This document shows, in pieces, positions 1 to 13,535 of a stretch of 64,000 bases of DNA; the stretch's first letter is position 1; each line of letters begins with the position of its first letter. The translations under genes and the position numbers were made by a program. Origin of the DNA: Lama glama (taxonomy: Eukaryota). The notes beneath the pieces are model-generated. The model saw only the letters and a list, made by a program, of their open reading frames with translations. It did not search any database and was not told where the DNA came from. Where the stretch lies: positions 84,818,001 to 84,882,000 of the forward strand of contig CM052817.1 of assembly GCA_028534125.1 (NCBI GenBank), given 5' to 3'.

Positions 1-2860
1 TTTCTGCTAAAGTCTAAGCTTTATGTGAATATTTCATTTAGAAATGCCATAAGCACCCTTGGGTATTCTTGGGCTGATAACTTCCACCAGAATAATCTCT
101 CCTGACATTTGCCTATCGTAACAGAGTGGCAATGCCTCATACGCCACCTGTTTAGGCACTTGTTTCCACGGGATGCAGGAAAGCATGTGATTTTAACCCT
201 GAATTCAGGCGACATAACAAGATGTTCTTCGAATTGTTAGAGGTCTTTGATGCAGATTTAGTCATGCTCAGACAGTCCAGTCCATGTGGCTCTTCTGTTT
301 CCACCTTCTAAGCCAAGCCCATGGTTGTTCCCTCAGAATGACATTAACATCAGTTATTTTACCTGGATCTCAACTCAGTGTCAGCTGAGATCAAACTTAG
401 CAGCTGTATTTTGATTAGTGACCAGGAGGAGAGGGAGTTAATGTTGGAGCATAGATACTTTTAAATGAGTTTGCCCTAAGTAGGGTTGGGCATTTTGGAG
501 GCAAACATAATAAAACATAGTCTGGAACTGGGAAGAAATAGAATTAAGAAGGAAGTAGGAAGGACCAAGGATAATTGTTTCTGCCTCTGTTTTGTAAGAG
601 ATCCTAAAGACAGTTTGTGAGCCACTGAAGATTGCTTCTGCTCTTTTCATATGTGTTCATAGTTAGTTGCCAAAGCATAAACTTGGATGTCAACACTATT
701 TTGAACCCTTGAAAACTGAGATCCATTCTTATTATTTGATTGTTTCCTTAGTACAAGGTATTCTAATCTCCTCCTCTTCTTCAACTTGCTTCATCGATCA
801 AATGCTACTCCATTTTCCATTCAGGATAGATAGAAGAAGATAAATGGAGAAAAATAAAGGAGAATGAAAAAGAGGAGGGTAAATTATTAATGAATACCAT
901 GGGTAAAATAAGCCAGTTATCTTTTTAAATTTCATTTTTACTATGGAACCTCAGAGATCTCTTAAAACCTTTCAGCCTTCTTCAAATGATAGGAGCTGCA
1001 CGTGCTTTGGAGGAGACTGGATTCATATTGCAAATGAAGAGAAGGGAGACAGTGGAGATGGAGTGTAAATTGGTTGTGGTTGGAAAGATAGCAACTTCAT
1101 GTAAAACATAATTTAGGTATTTGATTATTCATAACCCATTCCTACCTGTAAACATGTAATGAAAACTAAACAACAGAATTAGGAACTAAATAGCTCTCAA
1201 GTAGGTATCAGTTATAATTTTCTAATATAGTTAATAAAACATACCTTTAAAATTTTCACTCTCTATCCTTCCTTCAATTGTCTAATAAAGGAGTGTTCCC
1301 TCCCATTCATTTGTCCCCTGTATTAATAATCTAGGCAAAAAAATGCTTGCCATTGGTCTACCACAATTGTGTGAAAGAAGCTAGTGACAGCAGAAACAGC
1401 TGCTACCAAAAAAGACAGTTTGTTGGCAGCCTGACAGCTGTTGACTTTGAGAGTTTAAGTACCAAGGCCCTGAATGCCCTGCAGTAATCCTATAGAAATA
1501 CTGGAAACTCTTCAAGTTTAAGACACCAAGGATATGACTGTCATGCCTGCCTGTGCCTTCTTTTATCAAATGTAGCTTTATCTTATCAAGTTAATGTCAT
1601 TTCTGAGGCAGAAAACAGGAACAAAAAAGAATGTGCCTTTCAGAAAACCAAATTCAAAATGGCACCTGTCTCTCTGGTACCACGATTGTCTATAGAGTTA
1701 AGCTGCAATTAATGATACAAGATCAGGAGCTTGGAATTCATTTTTAAAATCCTGCTGCTACTATCATTTACACCAGTTATAAATGCGCTTTCATCTCCAT
1801 CTTAAAAATGCCCAGTGCTCGGAATAGTATAAATAAAATAAATGCTATAAAACTTATTTTAGCTTAGAATTTCACTAATATTCAGTATAGAAATATTATT
1901 AAATAAAAATTTATAATTTGTCAAATTATAGGGAAAATAAGAGATGAGACTCTGCTTTACAGTTTGAGACCTAAAATTAAGAAATTTATAGGTCTGTCTA
2001 TAGTTCTTTCTATACTTACATAGAGTAGTTGGAAATACCAAATGTGAATTTCTGTAATGTGAATCTGGTTTTTACAATTCTTTGTCTCACTCGGTTATGA
2101 GTAAAATCTGTAGTCAGGAGTTGCTAGAATAGTATCTTTGTTCTGATTCTGTATCATCCTTTAGTTTCTTGCTGTATCTCAAGCTGAATCAGACTTTTTT
2201 ATGTTGTACTGGTCTCTTTCTTGCAGAAGAGAGTGCTACACTAATTGAAAAGAATTTTTAGTTTATTTGCATGCAGTTGGTTAATGCTTGGTCTCTAGGA
2301 CACATCAACTTCGACTGCACTAGCTATTTCTGTGTCTATTTGTTACTACATGTAATTGCACGATGCTGGAGAGACAGTTCTTTATGTGCTGTTCAAAATG
2401 CATGTAAATGCCTCCAGAAAAAAATGTTTACTGCAGCTGCAATGGGAGGAATTTTTTTTCAGCCTCCCTGATGTTAGGAGAAAATAAGAATAACTTCTGA
2501 TTAGATTTCTACCTTAGAGACTTTACTTCATTACTTGAAAGATTTGCCTCTCATTGTTTTTCACAATCAAACATCACACCACCTTTCCATGTAGGACCTG
2601 AAGTTAGGAGAGGTTTTCTTGTAGCATCTTCGTGATTCTGATGCATAATTTAATCCCTGATGCATGTGAGTTACATAGAGCACTAAATCCAGCATTGCTG
2701 GGTAGCTCAAGAGCTAGTTCTTAAAGCATTATTAGAATTTAAAGCAGTTGAAGTGTTAAAAAAGAGGAGTTATAAGCCCATGAAATCTTTACAGTTAAAA
2801 GTTTGTAGGAGGTGTATGTGAAAGATGATAAATAGTGAGCAATCCATGTTGGATGGAGGA

Positions 2861-3077
2861 CAGTTGACTCTTGAACAACACAGTTTTGAATTGCGGGTTC
2901 ACTTATACATGGATTTTTCTTACTAAATTCATACTGTAGTACTGCATGATCAACAGTTGGTTGACTCCACAGATGCACAACTGTGGATATGGGGGGCCGA
3001 TTGTAAAGTTATATATAGATTTTCGACTGTGCGGGATTGGTGCCTCTAACACCTGCATTGTTCAAGGATCAATGGTG
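2861..3077. mobile_element. Tigger2-derived MITE (TcMar-Tigger)
   Basis: Begins CAGTTGACTCTTGAACAAC and ends TTGTTCAAGGATCAATG (terminal inverted repeats). The interior resembles the recalled Tigger2a-type consensus. Confidence 0.8.
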
Positions 3078-3099
3078 TATGTACTTAACAAGGTTAAAA

Positions 3100-3750
3100 A
3101 GAGAAGGGACTAGGTGGCCAGATGGCCTGCGTCATAAAGGGCCTGATTTGGACTTTATTCAGTCCATTTGGTTGGGGGTCCATTCAGAATTATGTTAAGA
3201 AGTTTATGTTATGTTATCTCAGAGTTACGTTAAGAAGTAGTGGTGCAAACAATGGATTTGACTAGGAGGGGGACTCTACCTCCCAGTCCACCCTTCCTTC
3301 CTAAGAAGGAGACATCAGTTAGAGGTTTCTGTAAATTATGTGAGAGATTGTAGGAGTCTCAGGTAAGATGGTGACACAAGGAATAGAAAGTAGGGGATAA
3401 ATATAAAAGAAAACAGGGAGGTCTTATTTAAAAAGTTTGATCTTGACCCATATCCACACCGTATCCAGCATCAGTGATGGAGAATTTAAATAAAGACCTG
3501 AAGTTTTCCACTTGTGTCATTGTGGTGGAGAATTTCCAAAAATAGGCAATAGAACAGTGTAAAAATCCAAGAATAGACATAAATAAATTTGCTTTTAAAA
3601 TGCACTGTATTTGAAGGTCCAAGGAAAACATTTAGATGAAAATATTAGGCAGGCAGCTGGAAATGTTTGTCTAGTCTTGGGGGAAAGAACAGAGTTGGAG
3701 ATACAGATTTGGAAGTGGACAGTGTGAAAGTGAATGGGATTTTCAGAGAG
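3100..3750 (-). mobile_element. L2 LINE fragment (old)
   Basis: Purine-rich antisense L2 motifs such as TTTGGACTTTATTC, AGGCAGCTGGAAAT and GGAGATACAGATTTGGAAG. Confidence 0.6.
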
Positions 3751-4399
3751 GGAAACAATATTGCTACACGTACGAGCTATTCATTGACTTTAATGGTTAT
3801 TTGAAGTGCATGTTTTATAGGATTAGGGTACTTTGGTTGGTCAATACCTCATTAAGTAAAGCATCACTAAGTAAGCACATGAAGAGTGTGGGAAGGAGAA
3901 AGGGAACATATGACCATCTTTACTGATGGAACCAAGTATGTTGGTTTTGAGGACTTCACCAAATTGCTAAAGAATAGTATCCACAGCTTGCTTGGCATTT
4001 GTCTGTCTGCTTTTGCTTGCTTGGTTTTGTATTGTACTTGGTTTTAAGATGAAGAAGACTCTGCTTGAACTGTTATTTAAACAATGTTTTTGGTTCTACA
4101 TGAAGCATGTGGTTCTGTACAAACTCCTCAAAATACTTAGATCTTGATTATATTTAACTGCTATATTTAATGAATTAAAAAATTTTAGCAGTGTAAACTG
4201 AATTGAAGCACAGAGTTCATATTTTAGAGTTACTTTTTAGTTTTTTGTATGAGTACAGTTAAAATTTAGAAATTAAAAAAGATAGATAATAAAGTATTTG
4301 GTAACTGCCTAGTATTCACTCAGTTTGATAATTTAAATCTCCTAAATTGCTGAAAAGCATGAGGTATTCAGAAATTGTTTTCTTCAAAAAATTTTTAAA

Positions 4400-5312
4400 T
4401 TTTTCTTCTACTTTATTGAAGTACAATCAACAAATAAAAGTGTATATATTTAAAGTGTGCAATATGGTAATTTGATATATATACATATATATATATGTTA
4501 TGAAATGATTACAATTAATTAACAATCATGTTAATTAACTCATCTCTCACCTCACATAGTCGCTATTTTTTTTTTTGGCCGTGAGAATGCTTAAGATCTA
4601 CCCTCTTAGCATGTTTCAATTATACAATACAGTGTTATTAACTACAGTTATATGCTGTTCTTTAGATGCCTATAACTTACTCATCTTTTAACTGAAGACT
4701 TACATCATTTGACCAGCATCTTCCCTATTTCTTCCATCTCTCAGCCCCTGGTAACCACCATTCTACTATTTATATGAGTTTGACTTTTTTTTTTAGATTC
4801 CACATATAAGTGAAATCATACAGTATTTGTCTTTTTCTGTCTGGCTTATTTCACTTAGCATAATTTCCTATAGTTTCAACCATATTGTTGCAAATTCCCT
4901 TCTTACTCATGGCTGAATTTTATGTCTGTCTGCTATCTGTCTGTCTATCTATCTATCTATCTATCTGTCTATCTCACTTCTTCTTTGTCCATTCATCTGT
5001 TGACAGACACTTAGGTTATTTCCATATCTTGACTATTGTCAATAATACTGCAATGATCATGGCAGTAGAAATAGCTCTTTGAGATACTGATTTTGTTACC
5101 TTTTGATATATACCCAGAAGTGAGATTGGTGGATCATATGGTAATTCTATTTTTAATTTTTTGAGAAACCACTCTACTGTCTTCCATAGTGGCTGTACCA
5201 GTTTACATTCCCACCAGCCGGGAACGAGGGTTCCCTTTTCTCCACATTCTTGCCCGCACTTGTTATTTCTTGCTTTTTTGATAAAAGCTATCCTAACAGA
5301 TGTTAGGTGATA
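4400..5312 (-). mobile_element. L1 (L1MA-type) 3' UTR and ORF2 end
   Basis: Typical antisense L1 text: TTAAGATCTACCCTCTTAGC, GATTCCACATATAAGTGA, TATACCCAGAAGTGAGATTG, CATTCCCACCAGC. Contains a small (TCTA)n tract. Confidence 0.9.
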
Positions 5313-6990
5313 ATGATTTGTTATTTTTAATTGTAAGACCTTGTTGAGGCTTGATTTAAGAGGATGAATCTAATAATCCATGTTTTATTATTTCAGGCGA
5401 GGTAGACCTGCACAAGACACAGCTTTTTAAAATAACTGACTCTGCAGAGCTACTTAGTATAAAAGCAAAATTCTATCCAAACATTTTCAGTTAAGTAGCC
5501 GGAATTAAATACAACCAGATTGGGATTTCTGTATTTAGCCACTAAACTAAATTGAGATGTGAGGCTTCATAAAATGATAAAAACAAAACAAAATAAAATA
5601 AACAAACAAAATCGTCCATACCCTGAAACTTCATTTGAAACATTTTTGACATTTTAAAAGAATCCCCAAGCTTTTGGTAATTAATGCTTTGGTTCTTTTT
5701 CTCCCCTAAGCAAGTGCCTGTGGGATAAACATTTGTGTTCTGTGCTGAATAAAAACCAAACACAAAGTTGTTGTATAGCACTCTTAATAAGAGTGCAGAG
5801 TTATGTTTTTGCTGTCCCACTGTTGCATGTCTGTTCTTTTCTGTTGGCATATGCTTAGCAACCCACTTATATTTAGGTGATAGTTGTATGCAACATCCTC
5901 AAGGGAAGTTCTGATTGCTGTTAAGAAGAAGGAATGGTAATTGTGTAAGTGACAATCTCTTCAAAGGCTCAGAATTGAAGTTACATACTATAAAGTATTA
6001 GGGGTTGGGACATATTCATGCTAACCGCTTATGTTAGTGATATTATGTCTCCTGACCTGGTTGATTTACATTGCATACTTGTAAGTTTCTTTTCAACTTT
6101 CCGTTTTAAGCTATGGTGTAAATGGAAAGTTGCTTTTAAATAGATTTATGGCACAATGCCATGCTTTCTATCCATGAATCAATCTATGAATACATACAAA
6201 GTTTATCAAGGGGATTCACAAATAGGCTTCTGCAAGAAAAGCCCTGTTTTAAGTGGAATTACTGTCAAGAAAGCGCACCAAAAACTAGGACAATCTGGGC
6301 TTTTATTTTTCTACTATAATATCTGGAAATAGAAACTTTCAAACATTATAAAAATATTCAGAAATATTAAGAATATCACCATTAATCCAAATATTGTTTA
6401 ATGTGACAATTTTAGTTTTATTTTTACATTTTTAATTGGGACTGTTTTGTTATTTATCTTAATGCACGAATGAAAATAGGTCTAATTATATAAATTATCA
6501 AATGTCTATGTTTTCTTTCTTTCTCATCCTTTGTAGGGGAAGGAAAAATGTTTACATTTTCAGAAATCACTCTGGATTCAATGAATATAGATGTTTGCAT
6601 TATTTATTGAAAATCCTTTCCATTTTCTGCAGTAACTTTGAAAGAGACTTAACTAGAAAGTACATTACATATTAGGAACTTTGCTAATAATATATTTATT
6701 CATGCTGCATTATTGACTTGCCAATATTTAAAATAATACTATACTCAATTACTTTTCAATTACTAATGTCTGTAGTAAAGTATCAAAGGCAAGAATTTGC
6801 CATCTTATAATTCACTATTACTAATTTTACAAATTCTCTGATATTAATAGTACCAGGGTTAATCCAGAAAAACAAATCTCAACTTTTCAGTAATTTGAAT
6901 TAACCAACATAATCTGTTGGGTTTGTGGCAAAATGTTTATACTTCATATTTTCTCACTTGCTATTTAAATTTAAAACTCAGTTTGGCTGT

Positions 6991-7530
6991 TGCCTTAGCT
7001 TATCTCTCCAGAAAGCAGAGCATGAGCTATGAGGCAGAACCCTCCATGTAGGTAGTTTACTCAGGAAATGATGCAAGGGATCAGGAAGCAGGGGCAGGAG
7101 AGTGAAAGGGAAGGGGTAAAAATACAAGGGTGATTACATGTTTGATCACAGTGAAGAGTGACTTTGCTGTTATCCTGTAGATTTGACATGCATCTCAGAA
7201 ATCTCTGTCCAGGAAATCAAAGGGAAAATAATTTATCTATTCGTTCCCATTTCCCATTAGTCAAAGTGAGTTCTTGGACAGAGGTTAATTCCCTTGCATT
7301 TCTGGATTGGACATGTGTGAATGCTAGGGGGTTCTTATGGGTCTTCCTGAGTCCTAGCATCAAAAGAGCCATGGGGCAGGAAATAAGAGGTGTATGGTAC
7401 CCTAGGTGGGCGCTGTCAGGCTGCACTGGCAGGGAGCAGGTAGAAGCCAGCTCTGGAACTGACCTCTAAGGCTGGATGACTTGGTAAAGTCAATAGGATT
7501 TAAGTGGTGTCTAAGAGGTGTTCAATACAA
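6991..7530 (-). mobile_element. ERVL-class solo LTR (LTR16-like)
   Basis: TGCCTTAG...CCAGAAAGCAGAG...GTAGTTTACTCAGGAAATGATGCAAGGG matches the antisense LTR16-family 3' end as recalled. Ends ...CAATACA. Confidence 0.6.
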
Positions 7531-8419
7531 TTGTTTAGATCACCATGACTGATACTGTGACTTCATAACCTGCTGAGTTGCATATACATGTCTCATTAAG
7601 ATGTACATGTGAACCATTTTATTATATTTTCATAATATCTCTGTTGCCTCTTCCCCAAACGTGGACAATTTCTGCTCCTGACTCTCTTCCTTTTTTTTTT
7701 TTTTTTTGTGGCACTTTCCTAGCTATTAATCTGGGAGTGATCATGGTTTCTCTTCTCCTCCAGCTCCGTGTTCTACTATTCACCAAGCCTTAAAATTTAA
7801 AGTATAAGATATTACCCAAGTCTATCCTCTTCTGCCTATTGCTATTAATAACGGCTCTCACTAGTGGCTGATTATTTGGGGCATCTTTATTACTTCTTTG
7901 TGATGGTCTTCAGCAATTACCCGTATAAAATTAGTCGCACTGTCTTTGCAAGCCACAACAACGCACCATGATTAGTGAGTAAACTAAAATCTGTTATGGA
8001 GATTTCACTGAACAATATGATTATTAGAATATGAAACAATCTGTTGGGTTATGGGGAAACTAGCAGGGTTGGAAAAATGGAATGAAACAAAGGGCATGGA
8101 AAATGATTTTTCTCATAGCATTTCAATAAACTTGCAAAGGTATACACTTCATATTTATCTACTTCAATGAAACCATGGACCATATAGGACCATATACATA
8201 TAGGAAATATATATAGGAAAGAAAATACATATATATGTATTTTTTTCAATGTATTGGTTACTAAACATTCAAACAGATGGCAAATAACTTTTGAGGACTA
8301 AGATACTCAAAGTATATAGAGACAGCAACATGGAAATTATAGTACTTACCAATTGCATTTTGAATAAACTAGATGAAAATATGTGCAACATTCTTAAGAA
8401 AAATCCTGTGTCTGTTATT

Positions 8420-8535
8420 GCGGATAAGAATAGTGCCCATCTTATAGGGTTATTTTGAAGATTAAATGATTAACTGAGTTAATACATGCAAAGTACTTGA
8501 AACAGTCTTTGCTACATAGTACATATTCAATTATA
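8420..8535 (+). mobile_element. MIR SINE fragment
   Basis: MIR core: ATAGGGTTATTTTGAAGATTAAATGA...TAATACATGCAAAGTACTTGAAACAGT. Confidence 0.7.
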
Positions 8536-10557
8536 TAAATTTCCCTATTTTAGCTAAACATTTTAGATTTTCCCAAGTTTTATTTCATTGGTCAAGAATA
8601 TAAATATTTGAAACCTAACCATACTAATGTTGAAAAGATCTTCCTCTTTTTCTTTCAAATATATAACTTGTCTAAAGTAGTCCTTTTTTTGGTGCATATT
8701 CCTGTGTGTGTGTAGTAGGGGGCTGCTCACAGAGATATTCACTATATAATTAAGGAAAGTGTAGAGGAATATTCTCTACTTTTTGTTTTTCAGAACCCAA
8801 AATTGCTAGCTATAGCAAGTGCTCAATCCCTTGTAATCATCCTAATGACCAAGTTATGAAACAAGATTCTTAATTGGGGTACATGGACATTCTTTTTCTT
8901 CTGTATCTTTTATAACTGGGATATTATACACCTAAGTTATGAGGAATTCTCTTTGTATTTTCTAATTTGTTGATATAATTATTTTCTGATTAAACATAAT
9001 CCTGGTTGAAACAGCATTAGGCCAACTCTGAAACACCCCCACTGGCACTTTGCAGAAAAAAAAAATTGTGGTAGTTACAGTAGAAAGAAGGCAACTATTC
9101 AACCCACTGTCTGTGTAGTTGTTTTCTTGAAGGCCAAGAACCTACCTGCCTACCAGAACATGACTCACGTCATCCATTCTATCTAAGGTGAATTGCTTTC
9201 AGTTTCCTTTGGCTGGAAGACTCAGAGGGAGAAGGGTCACAATCATGCCCTGATGCTCAGTACCACTTCTGCGGTCTTTTCATTGGCACAAGAACGGAAT
9301 ACAATGGAGATATCAATCAATGCACATCTTAGTCGAAAAAGCTTTCCTTGAAAATCAGATAACAGCAGACGCTTCAGTCTAGCAGAATTTTCTGCTTAAC
9401 CACCGGACTGTAGAGGGTGATCACCAAGGGTTTTGTAAATGAAAAGCCTCACGCCCTTAATGCATTCAAGCAGGGGATAATTCTGAAGTGGAATTTAGCA
9501 GGAACCAAATGAAACTTCACAAAAGGTTGTACGATGCTACACAGGTAGCTCCAGGGAATATAATGTGTTACTCACCACTGACTGTGTCACCTCCTGCCTG
9601 TCCATTCAACACATGAGCCCAAACAAATAAATTCTTGCTTCTCTAAAAAAAGAGGTTTCTGTTTATTTCTTCCCAATTTATTTATTATCAGTAAAAAATG
9701 AGTGATTTCTAGGAGAAAAATATGAAACAAAATTATTTGTCATTAGTATATTTATTAGTACATTATTTTGTCATTAGTACATAAACTTAAAGACTTTCAG
9801 TAACAATTTGGAGCAGTTCAGAACAGTGTGGCCGCACAGTGGTGACTGGGGAGTCCTCACATTGGTCCCATTACTGTTAACAGGAATCATGAGTGTTATT
9901 CCATACAAAGTATTTTGACAGTTTATCCCACAGAGTCTTGCACACTGTGGAAATAGAAGGTCATTGGTGAAACAGAATCTGGAGATAAAAGTTAATATGA
10001 AGAAATCCATATTTTGATAGAGAAGCAACTTGGGAATAAAATTATATTCTGGGCTGTGAAAATGTGGATGCTCAAATGGATCCTTGATCTCTTAAATACC
10101 TTGTGCTTGATCATTATCAGACAGTATTTGATATCTCCCATCAGAGTGTGGTTTAAGCCCTACAGAGGAAAACACAAGAATAGCATAGCATGCTGTTCTT
10201 GAGATGCTCGATGAAGTAAGAACTAGCTGCTTGCTAATCCAATTAAGATTTAAAGTTGAGTTATGACCAAAATGAATTTTTAGTAAACATTCATTGAAAA
10301 TAAAACCAAAGAAGTTACAAAAAGATAGCAAAAAAAACCAATACTCCAACTTTAAATTTCAGCTTGCTTTAGATTTTTCATAAGATACTTGAAACTTTAA
10401 CCAAGACTTAAAAATGAATCTTCCAGCTGAATTATTTACTCTATCAATATTTAATTTCAGTCAATTTAATTTAAATATTAGATTCCTCCTCACAAATTAT
10501 CATGTATGGGCCCGTACATCTCCAGAGTTAAAGGATTATTTTGTATAAAAAATTATC

Positions 10558-11004
10558 TGTACTGGGTTGAATAGATGCCCCACCCCCCATTTCACTAGGA
10601 ACCTGAGTTTGGAAATAGGGTCTTTGAAGTTGTAACCAAGTTAAGATAGTGTCATACTGGACTAGGGTGGGTTGTAAATGCAATATGACTGGTGTCCTTA
10701 TGAGAAGGGGGAAATTTGGACATGGAAACACAGACACACAGAGGGGAGAATGCCACATGAAGGCTGAGGACGATTAGACTGATACACATATAAGACAAAG
10801 AAAACTAAGAGTTGCTGGAAGCCACCAGAAGCTAGGAGGGAGGCATGGAATAGATTCTCTCTCAGAGCCACTCTAGAGGAAGCAACCTGCTGACACCTGA
10901 TTTCAGACTTCCGACCTCAAGAACTACGAGGGAAGAAATTTCTGATGTTTTAAGCCACCGAGTTTGTGGTACTTTGTTATGGCAGTCCTAGGAAAGTAAG
11001 GCAT
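10558..11004 (+). mobile_element. MaLR solo LTR (MLT1C-like)
   Basis: Starts TGTACTGGGTTGAATAG and contains TTTGGAAATAGGGTCTTTG, CCACCAGAAGCTAGGAG and TTTAAGCCACCGAGTTTGTGGTACTTTGTTATGGCAG. Confidence 0.9.
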
Positions 11005-13347
11005 AATCACAGTTTGCAACTTGGTGGGGGAAGTTTGTTCTTTTTCTTCTTACTGAAAAATTTGAACCTAAATTGTGACTGCTGACATGCTTTGCTTTGG
11101 TTCTTTGAGTTGAATTTCCAATGTAATTCCTACTCTGAAAGTCAGAAGAGAAATAAATCAATTCCAGTTCCTCAAGAACCATTATTGTAAGAGTAGAGTG
11201 AAACACATATCTTAAGGTAAGCTAGAAGTTGAGAAAAACACAAAGAGAAGTACGAACCGTGCAACCTTGGAATGAGGCTTTGAAGGCAGGAGATGCCTTC
11301 ATGAAGCTACCACACGCTCTGTTCCTGCTGCCTGGAACCTTTCTTTGCTCCTCAGGTTTTAGCACTAAGTTTGAGTGTTACCACCATTTTACCATCTGAG
11401 ACCAATGGATCCCTTTTACTTTTTATCTTTTTAGTTCATGTAACAAGTATAGAAGTAAGAACAAAGGAATAGTGAAAACAACTCTATATGAAATTTTAAT
11501 GACTATTTAAACAGAGCAAACTCAAATTTTCATTCCATATTTTCTGGCTTTTGAATGTATATAAGCCTGAAATGGATACTGTCTTCTGAATGAAACTAAA
11601 GCTTATCAATTGTTACGCATGTACCTGGAACATCTGTCTTGTAAAAACTGATTTCACATTCCAAATACGTTTCTAGTAGATCCTAGCTTATTATTATACC
11701 TGGTTTTTCTTGTACTTGCCTCACTGAAATGTATTACTAGAAGAACTTTTTGAAATTTTGACTGTGTAGAATGTTGCTGAAGTTGGCCATCTTCTTTGTT
11801 TTCTACTTGAGAAACATTTTCAGATTTATAAACACAAATTATAATGATCAACCCAGTTTTTTCATTTACATCATATATTTTCTTTCAGTTACTTTTGTAT
11901 ATACATATAACTTCAGCATTTGTCCACCTATGAACTATAAAATCACAAAAAATGAAAGAATACTGTTACCTGTTCTTTTAGAAAAACAGGATGGTTCACA
12001 TTTTTGTCCCAAAATATTACATGATGAAGTGCTTTCTGTTTAGTGACTAAGCAGATAAAAATACTATATTTGTTTCTCTTTTGTCCTTAAAAATATTGTT
12101 CACTCACCAATCTTGAATTTGAAAAAATTCATATAGAATATCATCATTAGAAGACTCATAGTCTGGGATTTTACTTTTATCATCAGTTTCATCTTCATCA
12201 TTCTAGTCTAGAACTGCTGTTTGTTATTTTAGATTCATCTTCTGATTCATCTAATAATTGTGAATCATCATTCTCTGTCAATATCCTTCTCTTGCCAGTA
12301 TGAGCAGAAAATAAAATTTCTTCATTCTGAACTGAACTCAATGAAAGCTAAAAGCAGACTAAAAAAAAAAATATGTCTCTAAGTCTTTTATTTTTTCCTA
12401 CAGGATAATGATGTAACACTTTGGTCAACTCAATCTGAAAACTGAAGGATGATGCAGTAGTGATGATTTGTTTTACTGCTGCATCCTCCTCCTAGATGAT
12501 TCTACAATTTTCCTCTTATTGTTTAAATCTTTCTTACCACTGTTGCTATCAAAAATCAATGATAATTGATGAAACAAGGTGATGAAATAGCAAATTGTTT
12601 CAAGATAAAAAGTATCTTAGATTTATGAAAAGGTTGAATGGACCCATATTGTGACATAGAGTGGATTTTATTCCATTAAAAAAAGTAAATTTTCTCTTTC
12701 CTATAAAGTATCTAGCCCTTAATAGGCATTATATAAGCACTTGTTGTCGTTGTTGTTATTCTATTGCCCTGAAATCTGATCACCTAGTACTTCTAACCCT
12801 TGATTCTCATTCTGTTCATAGAGTCTCCCAAAACAAGTATCTCCTACTTAATAGCTATCCAGCTACATGAAGCTGGCTGTTTTGTCTCTTCCTTAAAGTA
12901 AATAACGTCTTTGCTGAAGTTTTCCTTGAAATATCAATGTCTTCTCTCTCCTCATTACTCTGGTCACCTGCATCTAAATGTTTGACCGTAATTTGTTTGG
13001 CTTCTCAAAATCCAGTGTCTAACACTGAATTCAGTACTCCAAGAGTAGCCTAACCAGCCTAGAGTGGGACTATTCCCTCCTTTGACCCAAACATTTTTTT
13101 GTCCATCACCAAAGCTTGAGATTACATTATCTGTTTGGCAGACACAGCCCATTGTTGAATTTTACCCAAGTTACAGTTATAGAAAATCTTTGCATTTTTT
13201 TCATCTTGCATGACTTCCAATATATTCCACATTCTAAGCTCCTATAGTTTTTAAGTAGGTTATTTTACATTTAATAATAAAAAATATGTTTAGTGCTTAA
13301 ATTTATTTTTTTCATAGATTATCTTTTTTAATTTAAAAAGAAATACA

Positions 13348-13506
13348 AAATGTTATGATAAATCACAGAGAAAAAAATGTGACAATGAGTGTGTATATGT
13401 CCATGAATGACTGAAAAATTGTCTGAACACTGGAATTTGACACAACACTGTAAAATGATTATGAATCAATAAAAAATGTAAAAAAAAAACAAAAAATAAA
13501 AAAAAT
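13348..13506 (+). mobile_element. Young 5'-truncated L1 3' end with poly(A) tail and TSD (camelid-like L1)
   Basis: AATAAA followed by an A-rich tail. TSD AAAAAGAAATACA at 13335-13347 and 13507-13519. Target site TT/AAAA fits the L1 endonuclease consensus. Confidence 0.9.
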
Positions 13507-13535
13507 AAAAAGAAATACATATAGTAGAAGTTCTT

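Noticed and set aside
12380..12460. Strong + strand acceptor TTTTTTCCTACAG
   Set aside because: Followed by early stop codons and no good donor. The acceptor-like sites near 2226, 6536, 8793 and 45439 likewise lack a convincing open exon with a donor.
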